64,000 nt of DNA, from the NCBI GenBank assembly GCA_051362555.1, contig CM120640.1, positions 62,040,788 through 62,104,787 of the forward strand. Direction: 5' to 3'. Position numbers and translations under genes: made by a program. The notes beneath the pieces were generated by a model. It was not told the origin of the DNA. It ran no database searches and saw only the letters and a list, made by a program, of their open reading frames with translations. Source of the DNA: Lingula anatina (taxonomy: Eukaryota; Animalia; Brachiopoda). Shown piece by piece: positions 53,301 to 64,000 of this stretch (positions are counted from its first letter, which is position 1; each line of letters starts with the position of its first letter).

Positions 53301-55915
53301 GTATTTTTGTCTTAGTCGGTGCTTTGGCCTGGGCGTGACGCTCGTTGAAACACACCCTTGTCAAAATTTTGGAAAATTCAATGCTAAATATCCCCCAAAC
53401 CGAAGGAATTATGGGAAAAATTACTACAGAAGTCTGACCGAAAGTCATATGTGGAGATTCCAAATATGCCCTAAGATTTGACTTTTGACCTTTATTTCAA
53501 GGTCAAACGGGCCAAAATTTTCTAAAAATGGGACTTTTCTGCAAAAAAATATTTGTTTGTACCAATTTTCAGAATCTACATAGACCTAAGCTCTCATATT
53601 ATGGTGAGGGGTTACAATCAGGGTCTCCTTTCATCTTTGAGAGTTTGGGGTCAATAGGTGCATTTTCATGGGAGAAGCGGCCATTAGATATGAAACTGAA
53701 AACTCTCTCAAATTCTGGAACCGTAAATGCCAGAGACCTTTTGAATTTTGCAATTTGTAGGACTTGTCAAGCACAATACTGGAGGTGGTGTCCACATTTT
53801 TGTTTTCAATACGGTTTAGGCGTTGCGCTATATAAAAAAGTACAACGCAATATTCAGTGGTGAAAATAAATTGTGAATTACTCCAAAATTAGCAGAGATA
53901 TGCCCATAGTTCCTAATGAACTTGAACAGGAAGTCATATACTGGCAATCTAACTGTGACCTTGAAATTGACCTTTGACCTACTTTTCATTATGAACTGCA
54001 CTTTGCAATTTTTCTGATCTTCATATCTCCAAAACTGGCAAAGATATGACCATAGTTACTATTGAACTTGATTAGGAAGTCATATACATGCAATCTTACT
54101 GTGACCCTGAAATTGACCTTTGACCTAATTTTCACCATGAACTGAACTTTGCAAATTTTCTATCCTTTATATCTCTAAAACTGGCAGAGATACACCCAAA
54201 GTTACTGTTGAACTTGAATAGGAAGTCATATACTGGCAATCTAACTATGACCTTGAAATTGAGCTTTGACCTACTTTTTATGATGAACTGCACCTTGCAT
54301 GTTTTCTGGCATTTATATCTCCAAAATTGGCAAAGAAATTCCCATGGTTACTATTGAACTTGAATAGGAAGTCATATACTGTGACCTTGAAATTGACCTT
54401 TGACCTACTTTTTCACCAAGAACTGAACTTTGCAAATTTTATATCCTCTATATCTTGAAAACTGGCAGAGATACACCCAAAGTTACTGTTGAACTTGAAT
54501 AGGAAGTAATATACTGGCAATCTAACTGTGACCTTGAAATTGAGCTTTGACCTACTTTTTATGATGACCTGCACCTTGCATGTTTTCTGGCATTTATATC
54601 TTCAAAATTGGCAAAGAAATTCCCATGGTTACTATTGAACTTTAGGCCTACCCAACTACCAGACTCGGCACATAAGGTTCCTGAATTAACCGGTTTATCG
54701 GACCACACTACCCAGTTTCAAGGTGGGTGTCAGATCGCATTTCGAAGTATCAGTCAGAAAACCGACAGGATGAGCCCTCGGTAGTCCTACAAAAATTGTT
54801 CTGGGGTATGATACTCCTTAATGCGATCTGACACACACCTTGAAAACGGGTAGTGTGGTCCGATATACCGGTTAATTCAGGATCCTTATGTGCCGAGTCT
54901 GGTAGATGGGTAGGCCTGAACTTGAATAGGAAGTCATATACTGTGACTTTGAAATTGACCTTTGACCTACTTTTTCACCAAGCACTTAACTTTGCATATT
55001 TTCTTGCCCCTCATATCTTCAAAACTAGCAGAGATATGCCCATAGTGTTGCCCAAGGTTTACTCTTTTGTCAGCATACTACACATGCAACATTGATAACA
55101 CATTTCAAGGAAAACCAATAGGTCTATTGTCTAGAAAATCACAGGAGTGATCAATGTTAGGAAAATACAGGTCAATTCCAAAATCTGCATGATTGGACCA
55201 TTTTTTTTTTTTTTTTTTTTTTTACATATTTTGAGAACTCTTGTTGATTGCATTTTATAGAGCTTGTTAAGCACAAGACTGGAGGTGGTGTCCCTTTTTT
55301 TATTTGGTTTTCCATACGAATGTGCTTACTCCAGCTGGTGGTACAATATCTGGAGGCGGTATCGCCTCTCTGATCCTCTAGTTATACATTTTTTCTTGCT
55401 GAGAAACCATGCTGTATTTTTCAGCCTTAACATGTCAAAGAACAACAACTATGGGGATAATGGAGCCTATATAGAAAGAGATAAGTCCAAATTGACCAAT
55501 GGTGTCAAGGAAGAAGAATCGGACCCCCCACTTACCAATGGGCATTCTGACTCCCAATCCCAGGATGGACCTGTAATGAACGGTATTAATGGTGAGGGTG
55601 ATGAAGAAAATGGTGCCATTGATGGTCACGACAAAGAAAAAGAAGAGGCAAAGACTAATGAACAGAATACTTCACCTCCAGAGGAAGAAAAGAAAGTAGT
55701 TGAAGAAGCCGAAATAACCGTTCAGACACCCCCGGTTTGTTCAGGAGAACCCACTGCAGGGGACAACCAGCCTAAAGTAACCTATAGTGCCACTTTCACC
55801 CCCAAAACAGAAGGGGACCCAGGAGATGGCTTGATATACGGTACGACCTTCCGAAATATAGATAAAACTGGATGATTATAACTGAAAGCTGTGGAGTCCT
55901 GTGGAACTGGTAGAC

Positions 55916-55958
<43 letters not shown>

Positions 55959-58900
55959 GCAAAACATGTAGCAAAATCTTCAAGACCATATAGAAAGTGT
56001 TTCCTTCTGCTGAAGGAAAGTACATTGATAAAAGTTTAAGTTTCTTGAATTGTCTCAGTATTAATTTTATATTTATCAAAACTTGATGAAAGGCACCCAA
56101 TGGGCCAACCGGCTATTGAGTTCCCAGCTAGTTATTTCACACTTGAACAAATGCTTATCATGTAAAATACAATTTATAGCTATTTAAATAGCATGTTTAC
56201 TTTAAAGCCTATTTTTTATGCGTTTATTATTATTGGATTAGATTAAACTTGGAAGCTATGACATGGTTCAAGCAGGGTTTTACTTTCAGAAGGCATATTT
56301 TTAAAGAAAAGTAAAACATTTTATTATTGCATATGTAATAGATACTATAAAACGGTTATCTTATTTAAGTGTATAACATAGCAAAGCTTTTGATCAAAGC
56401 TTATTTCATGTGAAGACATTGGGTATATTGTGAGTTCACTCATGTGTTATAGTGAGTATTGTCCAGTTTCTTTAGAGGAATTGACCCTAATTATTTCAGG
56501 AATGGACGAGTTAGCTCCAGCTGACAGTTTCCGTGTGTGGCAGCGTGATGCAGCCGTGAAGCTCCAGGTTGATGAGGAAGCCTCGGAGAAACCACTCACT
56601 ATCATGTCAGCATTTGTGGATGTGGTAAAGAGAATACCTAACAATACTGCTCTAGGTAGGACCGAGTGATCAAAATGGTACCATTCTGTTGAATGTAAAT
56701 TCAAAATTGCAAGTAAAGAAAAATGATGGAAATTGATTGGTTTGCAGTTTTATTTAACATACAGTTATGTGATATTTTGCCATATACTACTCACTACTAC
56801 AAGCATATACATGCAGTATCTAAAGCTTTTTGAACAGAGTTTCCATAGCAAGATACCATTCAGTCTTTCCACTTACTTATGTCTTTTTATGTACAGACAC
56901 AGGTGTGTCTGTACATATTGCCATCACCTGCGTCTGTCGTCGCCGTCCCTGTCGCCGTCGCCGTCGCCGTGCACTTTCATCGTTAACACGATAAGTGGAA
57001 GACAGTTTTACTTTTTGGCTTTATATTTACAGAGCTGATGAATATTCATAAAACGCAGGTCAAGTTCGAAAATCAGCATGTTTGGGCAATTATTGTAGTA
57101 TTTATGCTGTGTTTTCACTTTTTAGCATATATGCAACACTGTTAACACATTTCAAGGAAAACCGATAGGCCTGTTGTCATGAAACTCACAGGAGTAATTA
57201 ATCTTACTAAAACGCAGATCAAGTTCGAAAATCGGCATGATCAGGCCACTATTTTAGTAGTTATGCTGTTTTTTTCACTTTTCAGCATATGTGCAACACT
57301 GTTAACACATTTCAAGGAAAACCGATAGACCTGTTGTCATGAAACTCACAGGAGTAATTAATCTTACTAAAATGCAGGTCAAGTTCGAAAATCAGCATAA
57401 TCGGGCCATTATTTTATAAGTTATGCTGTTTTTAAACATTTCCTCAGATTCAATTCTTAGGCATGTTAACAGTCTCATTATTTAACTAATAAGATTCGTA
57501 AAAGTGTTTGTTTGACATTTCCTGCATCTTTACAACATTGTTAGTTGATTATGTAAAAATGATGGTAAACTTGTTATCATGTATTGTATAATAGAGTTTC
57601 AAAAATGGAAATAAACTCATATCATTGCAGTTTGTCAGATTCATTCATTCACTATGTTCAGAAACTCAGAATGGAGGAAATTGGACATTAAACACTGTTC
57701 TGTTGATATTTTTCCCATCTCATCAATTTTCTTAGTTGATCATATATAAATGGCAGTAAATTGTTAATTTTGTTATATGTTAAAAAATTGTTAAAAATGG
57801 TAAAAAAACATTTCAAGACAGTGCTGTCTTGTCTACATTTTGGCATTTTCAAGGTGTGACTTTGAAGTTCCTTTGGCCTGAAGACCTTTGCTAGGAACAT
57901 TTTCTGAATATCCATGATACTAATATTTTATTATTAAAAATTGATGGTAATTATCCTGTTAAACATTATGTAATAGTGCATCAAAATTTGAAGACACCCC
58001 TATTTTGGACACTGCTCCCATGATGACCATTTAAGGAAAACCATGACACTTACTGTTCTCAAACTTACAGGAAGAAACATGGGACTTAGATAAAGCTTCA
58101 GTGGGCAATGCAGACTATTTGGTAAATTTTTTTGGCAGTTAATCAGTTTTTTGTGAAAATTTAATTTTTCACATATTGGCATTTTCAAGGTGTGACTTAG
58201 AACCTCCACGGGCTTGAAGACCCATGCTAGTCACATTTTCTGAAAATCCATGATACGGATCTTTTATTATTAAAAACTGATGGTCATTATGCTGTTAAGC
58301 ATTATGTAATATTGCATTAAAATAGAAGAAAACACAATTTTGGGTGCTGCTGCCATGATGACCATTATGGGAAAACCATGTTACTTATGACTGTCAAACT
58401 TTCAAAAAAGAAACAAAGAACTAAAATGCAGCCTGAGTTGGAAAAGCAGTCTAATTGGCTTCTTTTTCTGGAAGTTATACATTTTAGTGAAATATTCATT
58501 TTTATCATGTTGGCATATTCATTGTGGGACTCGAAGCTCCCATGGACATGAAGCCAAATGGTAATCAAATTTTCTACATGTCCATGCTATTTATAGTCAA
58601 TAATCAAAAATTGGTGATAATTATTCTGTAATTTATTTTGTAATGTTACATCAAAATTGACAAAAATTTTTTTGCACTGCTACTACAAACATTATGAAAA
58701 GAAAACTATGTTACTTATTATTATTTTCAACTTACAAGTATGATTTGTAGGATTGGCATGCAGTTCAAATTAGAAAGCCAGCTCAAATGGGTTATCATTT
58801 ATTATTGAATTTAAGCAGTTCTATGTGAAATTTTCATTTTTCTCATTCTGGCATTTTCAAAGTGTGAACTTAAACTCCCATGCGCCTGAAGCCTTACGCT

Positions 58901-61900
58901 TGTTACACATTTCACTTACATTGGTATTACCTGTTGAGCATAATTAAAATTTGATGTTGAATTTGCAGTTAAGCATAATGTACTTTTGCATCAAAATTGA
59001 CAGTAGCCTGTTTTGTGCATTGTTATTGTCTGCTTTTTGTCTGTACATTTGACAGCTTTGCTGCCTTGTTTTGTTTTTTTTTCGCACTTTCCTCAGCATA
59101 TAGTCCTTATAAGTAATACATCTAATTGACTAGACTCATGCAAATAAAGGAAGATTGGATAATGACATATTTATTTCCCCTGTAGCAACCAAGGAAGGGG
59201 AGGAGTGGAAGACATGGTCATACAGACAGTACTATGATGATGTGAAGAGAGCAGCTAAATCATTCATTAAGGTACCAACTTAACTTACGTATTGGCACAA
59301 TGTGAAAATGTAGTTTGTAAAAATGTTTTCAAGTGAAAAAAATTATATCGCATTTAAGAGCTATCATAACTGTATCAGTGTGAGTATATATATATAAAAA
59401 TATGATATGTATCACCTGTTCCTGATTATGTTATTTAAATTAGAATAATTAATGTTTCAGCTTGGTTTAGATTCATTTGGAGGGGTTGGCATTTTAGGAT
59501 TCAACTCACCGGAATGGTTGATCTCCAACCTTGGGACAATATTTGCAGGGTAACTTGGGGAAATTTTTTTCATGATGGCATAAATTAAATTTCTTATAAA
59601 AATAATGAGACATACCCTAAAATTACCTAATTCGCATCCTAGCACAAGTAATAAATGTGTTAAAGCATAATTTTTACTTAGGGTATTTATGTGTCTCCAG
59701 GCATATAGGACATGTTTAGTGGAATTAACAACACCAGCGGTGAGAATTTGCATGTGCGAAATGCCTTATTTTCATAATGAAGAATCTAATATAGTATTCA
59801 GAATTTTACACAGCACAACAATGTATTGATATTGTGATTATATTGTTTTAGTGGTTTGGCCACTGGGATATATGCCACCAACTCCCCCGAGGCCTGCGAG
59901 TACATCATCAGTAACAGTAAGACCAATGTAGTGGTGGTAGAGAACAATGTTCAGCTGCAGAAAATACTGAAGATATGGGACAAAGTGCCCCACCTCAAGG
60001 CCGTAGTGCAATATAAGGATGAAGTTGCAGAGAGAAGGCCAAATGTGTACTCCGTATGTCATCAACTTGAAATGAATTTTCAAAAAGTGGTTGTGTATCC
60101 ATATAAAGCATTGAAGCATATGTATTTTGTTTTAATATTTCTTTTTGTGATGGTGACTAGTTTTAACAAATTTTTATAGAGAAAAATTATCACCACCACT
60201 AAGCTGACTAACGCATTCATGCAATTTTGTACAAGGTCATCTTCTCTATCACATTAAGCATGGTTTGCTTATTCCTTTGGACTTGGTAGAATTGTCATGT
60301 AGAATGGAATATTCCTTGTTATTAGCAATGGTGTTACTATTTTTCAAACTTTTGTTCTAATAAATGTTTTAATTTTAGTGGCAAGAGTTTATGGACCTTG
60401 GCAAGGAAACAGCAGACAGTGTTCTAGTGGAGAGAATAAAGGCTCAGAGACCAAACCAGTGCTGCACCCTTATTTACACAGTATGTTTTTATGTCCACAC
60501 TTGATCTTAATACTTATTCCTTTTTATGTACAGACACAGATGTGTCTGTACATATAGCCATCATCTGCGTCTGTCGTCGCCGTCGTGCACTTTTACCGAT
60601 AACACGATAAGTGGAAAACCATTTTACCTTTTGACTTGAAACTTGCAGAACTGATGAATATTCATAATACGCAGGTCAAGTTCGAAAATTAGCATGATCG
60701 GGTCACTTTTAGGGAATTTATGCTTTTTTTTCACTTTTTTCAGCATATATGCAGCACCGATAACACGATAAGTGGAAAACCATTTTACCTTTTGCCTTGA
60801 AACTTACAGAACTGATGAATATTCATAATACGCAGGTCAAGTTCGAAAATCAGCATGATCGGGTCACTTTTAGGGAATTTATGCTGTTTTTTCACTTTTT
60901 TCAGCATATATGCAGCACCGATAACACGATAAGTGGAAAACCATTTTACCTTTTGACTTGAAACTTACAGGACTGATGAATATTCATAATACGCAGGTCA
61001 AGTTCGAAAATCAGCATGATCGGGTCACTTTTAGGGAATTTATGCTGTTTTTTCACTATTTTCAATATAAATACAACACTGATAACACAATATAAGAAAA
61101 ACGGATTGGCCAATTGTAATCATACTCACAGGAGTGGTCAATCTTACTAAAACGCAGGTTGAGTTTGAAAATCAGCATAATCAGGCCATTATTTTAGAAG
61201 TTATACTGTTTTTCACATTTCCTCAGATTCAATTATTAGGCATGTTAACAGTCTCATTATTTAACTAATAAGATGCCTAAAAGTGTTTGTTTGATATTTC
61301 CTGCATCTTTACAACATTGTTAGTTGATTATGTAAAAAACATGGTAAACTTGTTATCATGTATTGTGTAATAAAGTGTCAAAAATGGAAATAAACTCATA
61401 TCATTGCAGTTTGTCAGATTCAATCATCCACTATGTTCAGAATCTCAGAATGGAGGAAATTGGACATTTAACACTGTTCTATTGATACTTTTCCCATCTC
61501 ATCAATTTTCTTCATTGGTCATATAAAATGGCAGTAAAATGTTTATTTTGTTTTTTGTTAAAAAAGTGTTAAAAATGGAAATAAACCCATTTCAGAACAG
61601 TGCTGTCTTGTTTACATTTTGGCATTTTCAAGGCGTGACTTTGAAGTTCCATGGGCCTGAAGACCTTTGCTAGTCACATTTTCTGAATATCTGTGAAACA
61701 AATATTTTATAATTAAAAATTGATGGTCATTAAGCTGTTAAACATTATGTAATATTGCATCAAAATTTGAAGAAACCCCTATTTTGGGCACTGCTTCCAT
61801 GATGACCATTTAAGGAAAATCATGTCACTTACTGTTCTCAAACTTACAGGAAAGAAACATGGGACTAAAATACAGCTTCAGTAGGCAATGCAGTCTGTTT

Positions 61901-63225
61901 GGTATTTTTATTTATTTATTTATTTATTTTGGCAGTTAAACAGTTTTTTGTGAAAATTTAATTTTTCACATATTGGCATTTTCAAGGTGTGACTTTAAAG
62001 TTCCATGATCTTGAAGACTTTTGCTTGTCACATTTTCTGAATGTCCATGTTACTAATATTTTATTAATAACATTTGATTGTCATTATGCTGTTAAACATT
62101 ATGTAATGTTGCATCAAAATTTGAAGAAACCCCTATTTTGGGCACTGCTCCTATGATGACCATTTAAGGGAAATCATGTCACTTACTGTTCTCAAACTTA
62201 CAGGAAAGAAACATGGGTCTAACATACAGCTTCAATAGGCAACGCAGTCTGTTTGGTAAATTTTTCTGGCAATTTAACAGTTTTTTGTGAAAATTTAATT
62301 TTTCACTTATTTGCATCTTTATTTTCTGTTCTTTGTCTGTACATTTGACAGCTTTGCTGCCTTGTTTAAAACAGTTTTAGAAAAATGTTGACACTGTTTT
62401 CATGTGCTCATGCAGTCTTAGGTAATAGTATTGTTGGTCCACGTGTCTGCCTGTTCATCATCAAAAAAATATATATATTTGTTGTGCTCCAATGTAAATG
62501 CTAAAAGTGATAACTTAATGTGATTTGGTGTGTTGATGGGCTACATTACCTATTGTTTCTGAGCTGTTTCTGCCATCCAGTATATCTGCCATAGTTTGAT
62601 GAGCAGTAATAAGGAGGGTCATGTAGTTGCACTTACTCAGTATTTATGGCTTTTCTGCTGCACCGATTGCCACTAGTAAATGAATGCAAATTAAGTGTTA
62701 TTATATTAACAGTATTTCATTACCATCTATATTTGTTTTTATTTGTACTGTAAACACTTTTCCACTTGCATTATTAATTTTTTAAGCAATTTAAAATTAA
62801 TAATAACATTTGCAAAGCAAAATAATCAAATTCTCAAAAAGAATTGCAGTGAATTGTATTTTCATATTTTGTGGTGATTTCCAATTTTTTATTTACAGTC
62901 AGGGACAACTGGAAATCCTAAAGGTGTTATGTTGAGCCATGACAATGTAAGTATTAGCTGATATGGGCAGGGTTTTACTTTGGTTAGTCTAGTACGGTTT
63001 CATATTGTAGAACACAAATCCTTTAATCAATCTGAATTGAATTCAGCTAGTATGAAGAGCTAAAAAAATTATACATTTCTATTTGAATATTCCAAGTGGT
63101 GACCACCAATGTGGGCCCTAATGACAGAGGATACTTATCTGTGTGGGACAATATCAGCCAGTCTGCAAGACTGTTCATGTCACATTGCTGGTATTGACTG
63201 TTTCCTAGCATTAATGGTTCATCTT

Positions 63226-63274
<49 letters not shown>

Positions 63275-63697
63275 AAACCATGTCTGACTCATGAAATATG
63301 AAGGAGAGTGATAATAAAATATATATATTTCAAAAGATAGTTATAAAAATGTCCTTATATATACTTTTAAATGAGTATTCTGGTATCTGAACTTAGAACT
63401 TAGATGGTAGTCAGTTTGTTAACCAGGATGTATGGATTCAGTTCTGACAGGCAGCTGCTGTGTATGTTAGAGAAAAATAAATTCATTCACACAGTTGTAT
63501 TACTATTATTAATATTATATATATTTCAGTATACTTGGTTATCTAGAAAGATCGTTGGAGCAACCAGGCTTAAGTTTGGTCAAGAGGTTTTGGTCAGCTA
63601 TCTTCCCCTCAGCCATGTTGCTGCCCAGATTGTGGATATCTATGGACCTCTCATAGCTGGAGCGGCTGTGTACTTTGCCCGACCAGATGCTCTCAAG
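50306..63697 (+). CDS. ACSBG2: Long-chain-fatty-acid--CoA ligase, bubblegum family (ACSBG-like); 5' part, continues beyond the window
   Basis: Exons 50306-50421 (tentative first), 55425-55840, 56500-56655, 59186-59271, 59461-59549, 59852-60053, 60379-60480, 62899-62946 and 63530-63697, all GT-AG and in phase. Motifs: WKTWSYRQYYDDVKRAAKSFIKLGL..FGGVGILGFNSPEW, GGLATGIYATNSPEAC, NQCCTLIYTSGTTGNPKGVMLSHDN (AMP-binding P-loop), VSYLPLSHVAAQIVDIY..., YFARPDALK. Confidence 0.93.
51478..51696. mobile_element. PIF/Harbinger-like MITE with TTA target duplication
   Basis: Imperfect TIRs cattcccatagattttagatcgatc / gatcgatataaatctctgggaatg; TTA at 51475-51477 and 51697-51699. Confidence 0.6.
53090..55383 (+). 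mobile_element. Helentron/HINE-like non-autonomous element (~2.3 kb) with internal 146-bp tandem array
   Basis: subTIR gtaccaccagc (53097) / gctggtggtac (55334), 5' hairpin ccagcgtgtacgctgg, gctcc microsatellite-like tract, 3' hairpin gaggcggtatcgcctc and a CTAGTT end. gaacttga anchors at 53918, 54064, 54210, 54356, 54491 and 54637. Confidence 0.75.
54643..54918. mobile_element. 276-bp deletion derivative of the 42586-43539 TIR family, inserted in the 146-bp array, 5-bp TSD
   Basis: Same TIR sequence. AACTT is duplicated at 54638-54642 and 54919-54923, while neighbouring repeat units show the empty site (ttgaacttgaatagg). Confidence 0.92.
55918..55958 (+). repeat. (ATT)n microsatellite
   Basis: Directly visible. 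Confidence 0.9.
56875..59072 (+). mobile_element. Helentron/HINE-like element family 2, copy 1 (ACSBG intron)
   Basis: 5' hairpin atgtacagacacaggtgtgtctgtacat, a GTC/GCC microsatellite, ~160-bp tandem units (56982, 57141, 57301), a second class of longer diverged repeats, then 3' subTIR tgtctgtacat followed by hairpin gacagctttgctgcc and a T-rich end. Confidence 0.78.
60513..62367 (+). mobile_element. Helentron/HINE-like element family 2, copy 2 (ACSBG intron)
   Basis: Same 5' hairpin, microsatellite and 3' end as 56875-59072; 161-bp units at 60598, 60759, 60920 and 61081. Confidence 0.8.
63227..63272 (+). repeat. (ATT)n microsatellite
   Basis: Directly visible; source of the poly-I/poly-L spurious ORFs. 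Confidence 0.9.
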
Positions 63698-64000
63698 GTA
63701 AGGTTATTGAAGTGGGGTTGTGAAGATGTTATTTCAAGAGAAATTTGTAGTGTGGTTTGGTAAAACAATATGTCATTCCATTCATTCTTTATCCACCCAA
63801 GGAATGATGCAGTGTCATTAATCTGTTCTGATATAATTATAAATATACATATAAATCTATAAAACTGGAAGACTTGGGAGGGGAGTTTGTTTATAACAGG
63901 CAATATTTCCTTTGGTGGGGGTCGGTTTTGATTTTCAAGGAAAACTAAACATAGCATAGCTATTCACTTCAAATCCTATATGTAACAAGAAATTTTATAT

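Noticed and set aside
53528-53863. 111-aa ORF inside the HINE-like element
   Set aside because: No Rep/helicase or other motif; consistent with non-coding repeat sequence.
63047-63294. Poly-Ile/poly-Leu hydrophobic ORFs (also 55876-56100, 35040-35351, 30290-30499)
   Set aside because: Artefacts of ATT or GA microsatellites.

Overview
AT-rich eukaryotic (invertebrate animal-type) genomic DNA with spliced GT-AG genes; no prokaryotic features, CRISPR, rRNA or tRNA are recognisable. Manual exon stitching gives the following genes, left to right. (1) A 3-exon minus-strand secreted or GPI-type protein with a somatomedin-B-like Cys-rich ectodomain. (2) A decayed Tc1 transposase. (3) A complete 7-exon PCGF3. 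(4) An 8-exon MINPP1-family protein that has lost its catalytic motifs, gained an N-terminal Cys-rich module and ends in a GPI-like tail. (5) A candidate 4-exon orphan prepropeptide gene with a CRE/CCAAT/TATA promoter. (6) Two tandem 3-exon Ly6/uPAR three-finger GPI genes that are almost invisible in the ORF track; the promoter and start of the second are triplicated, with a transposon in the middle copy. (7) A partial GXYLT-like glycosyltransferase. (8) The 5' part of a bubblegum-type acyl-CoA synthetase (ACSBG) running off the right edge. Introns and intergenic DNA hold many non-autonomous TIR elements (TA, TTAA, TTA and unusual 5-bp target duplications), Helentron/HINE-like elements with internal tandem repeats, and mini- and microsatellites. 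All gene models were read by eye and are not confirmed by RNA data or database searches.
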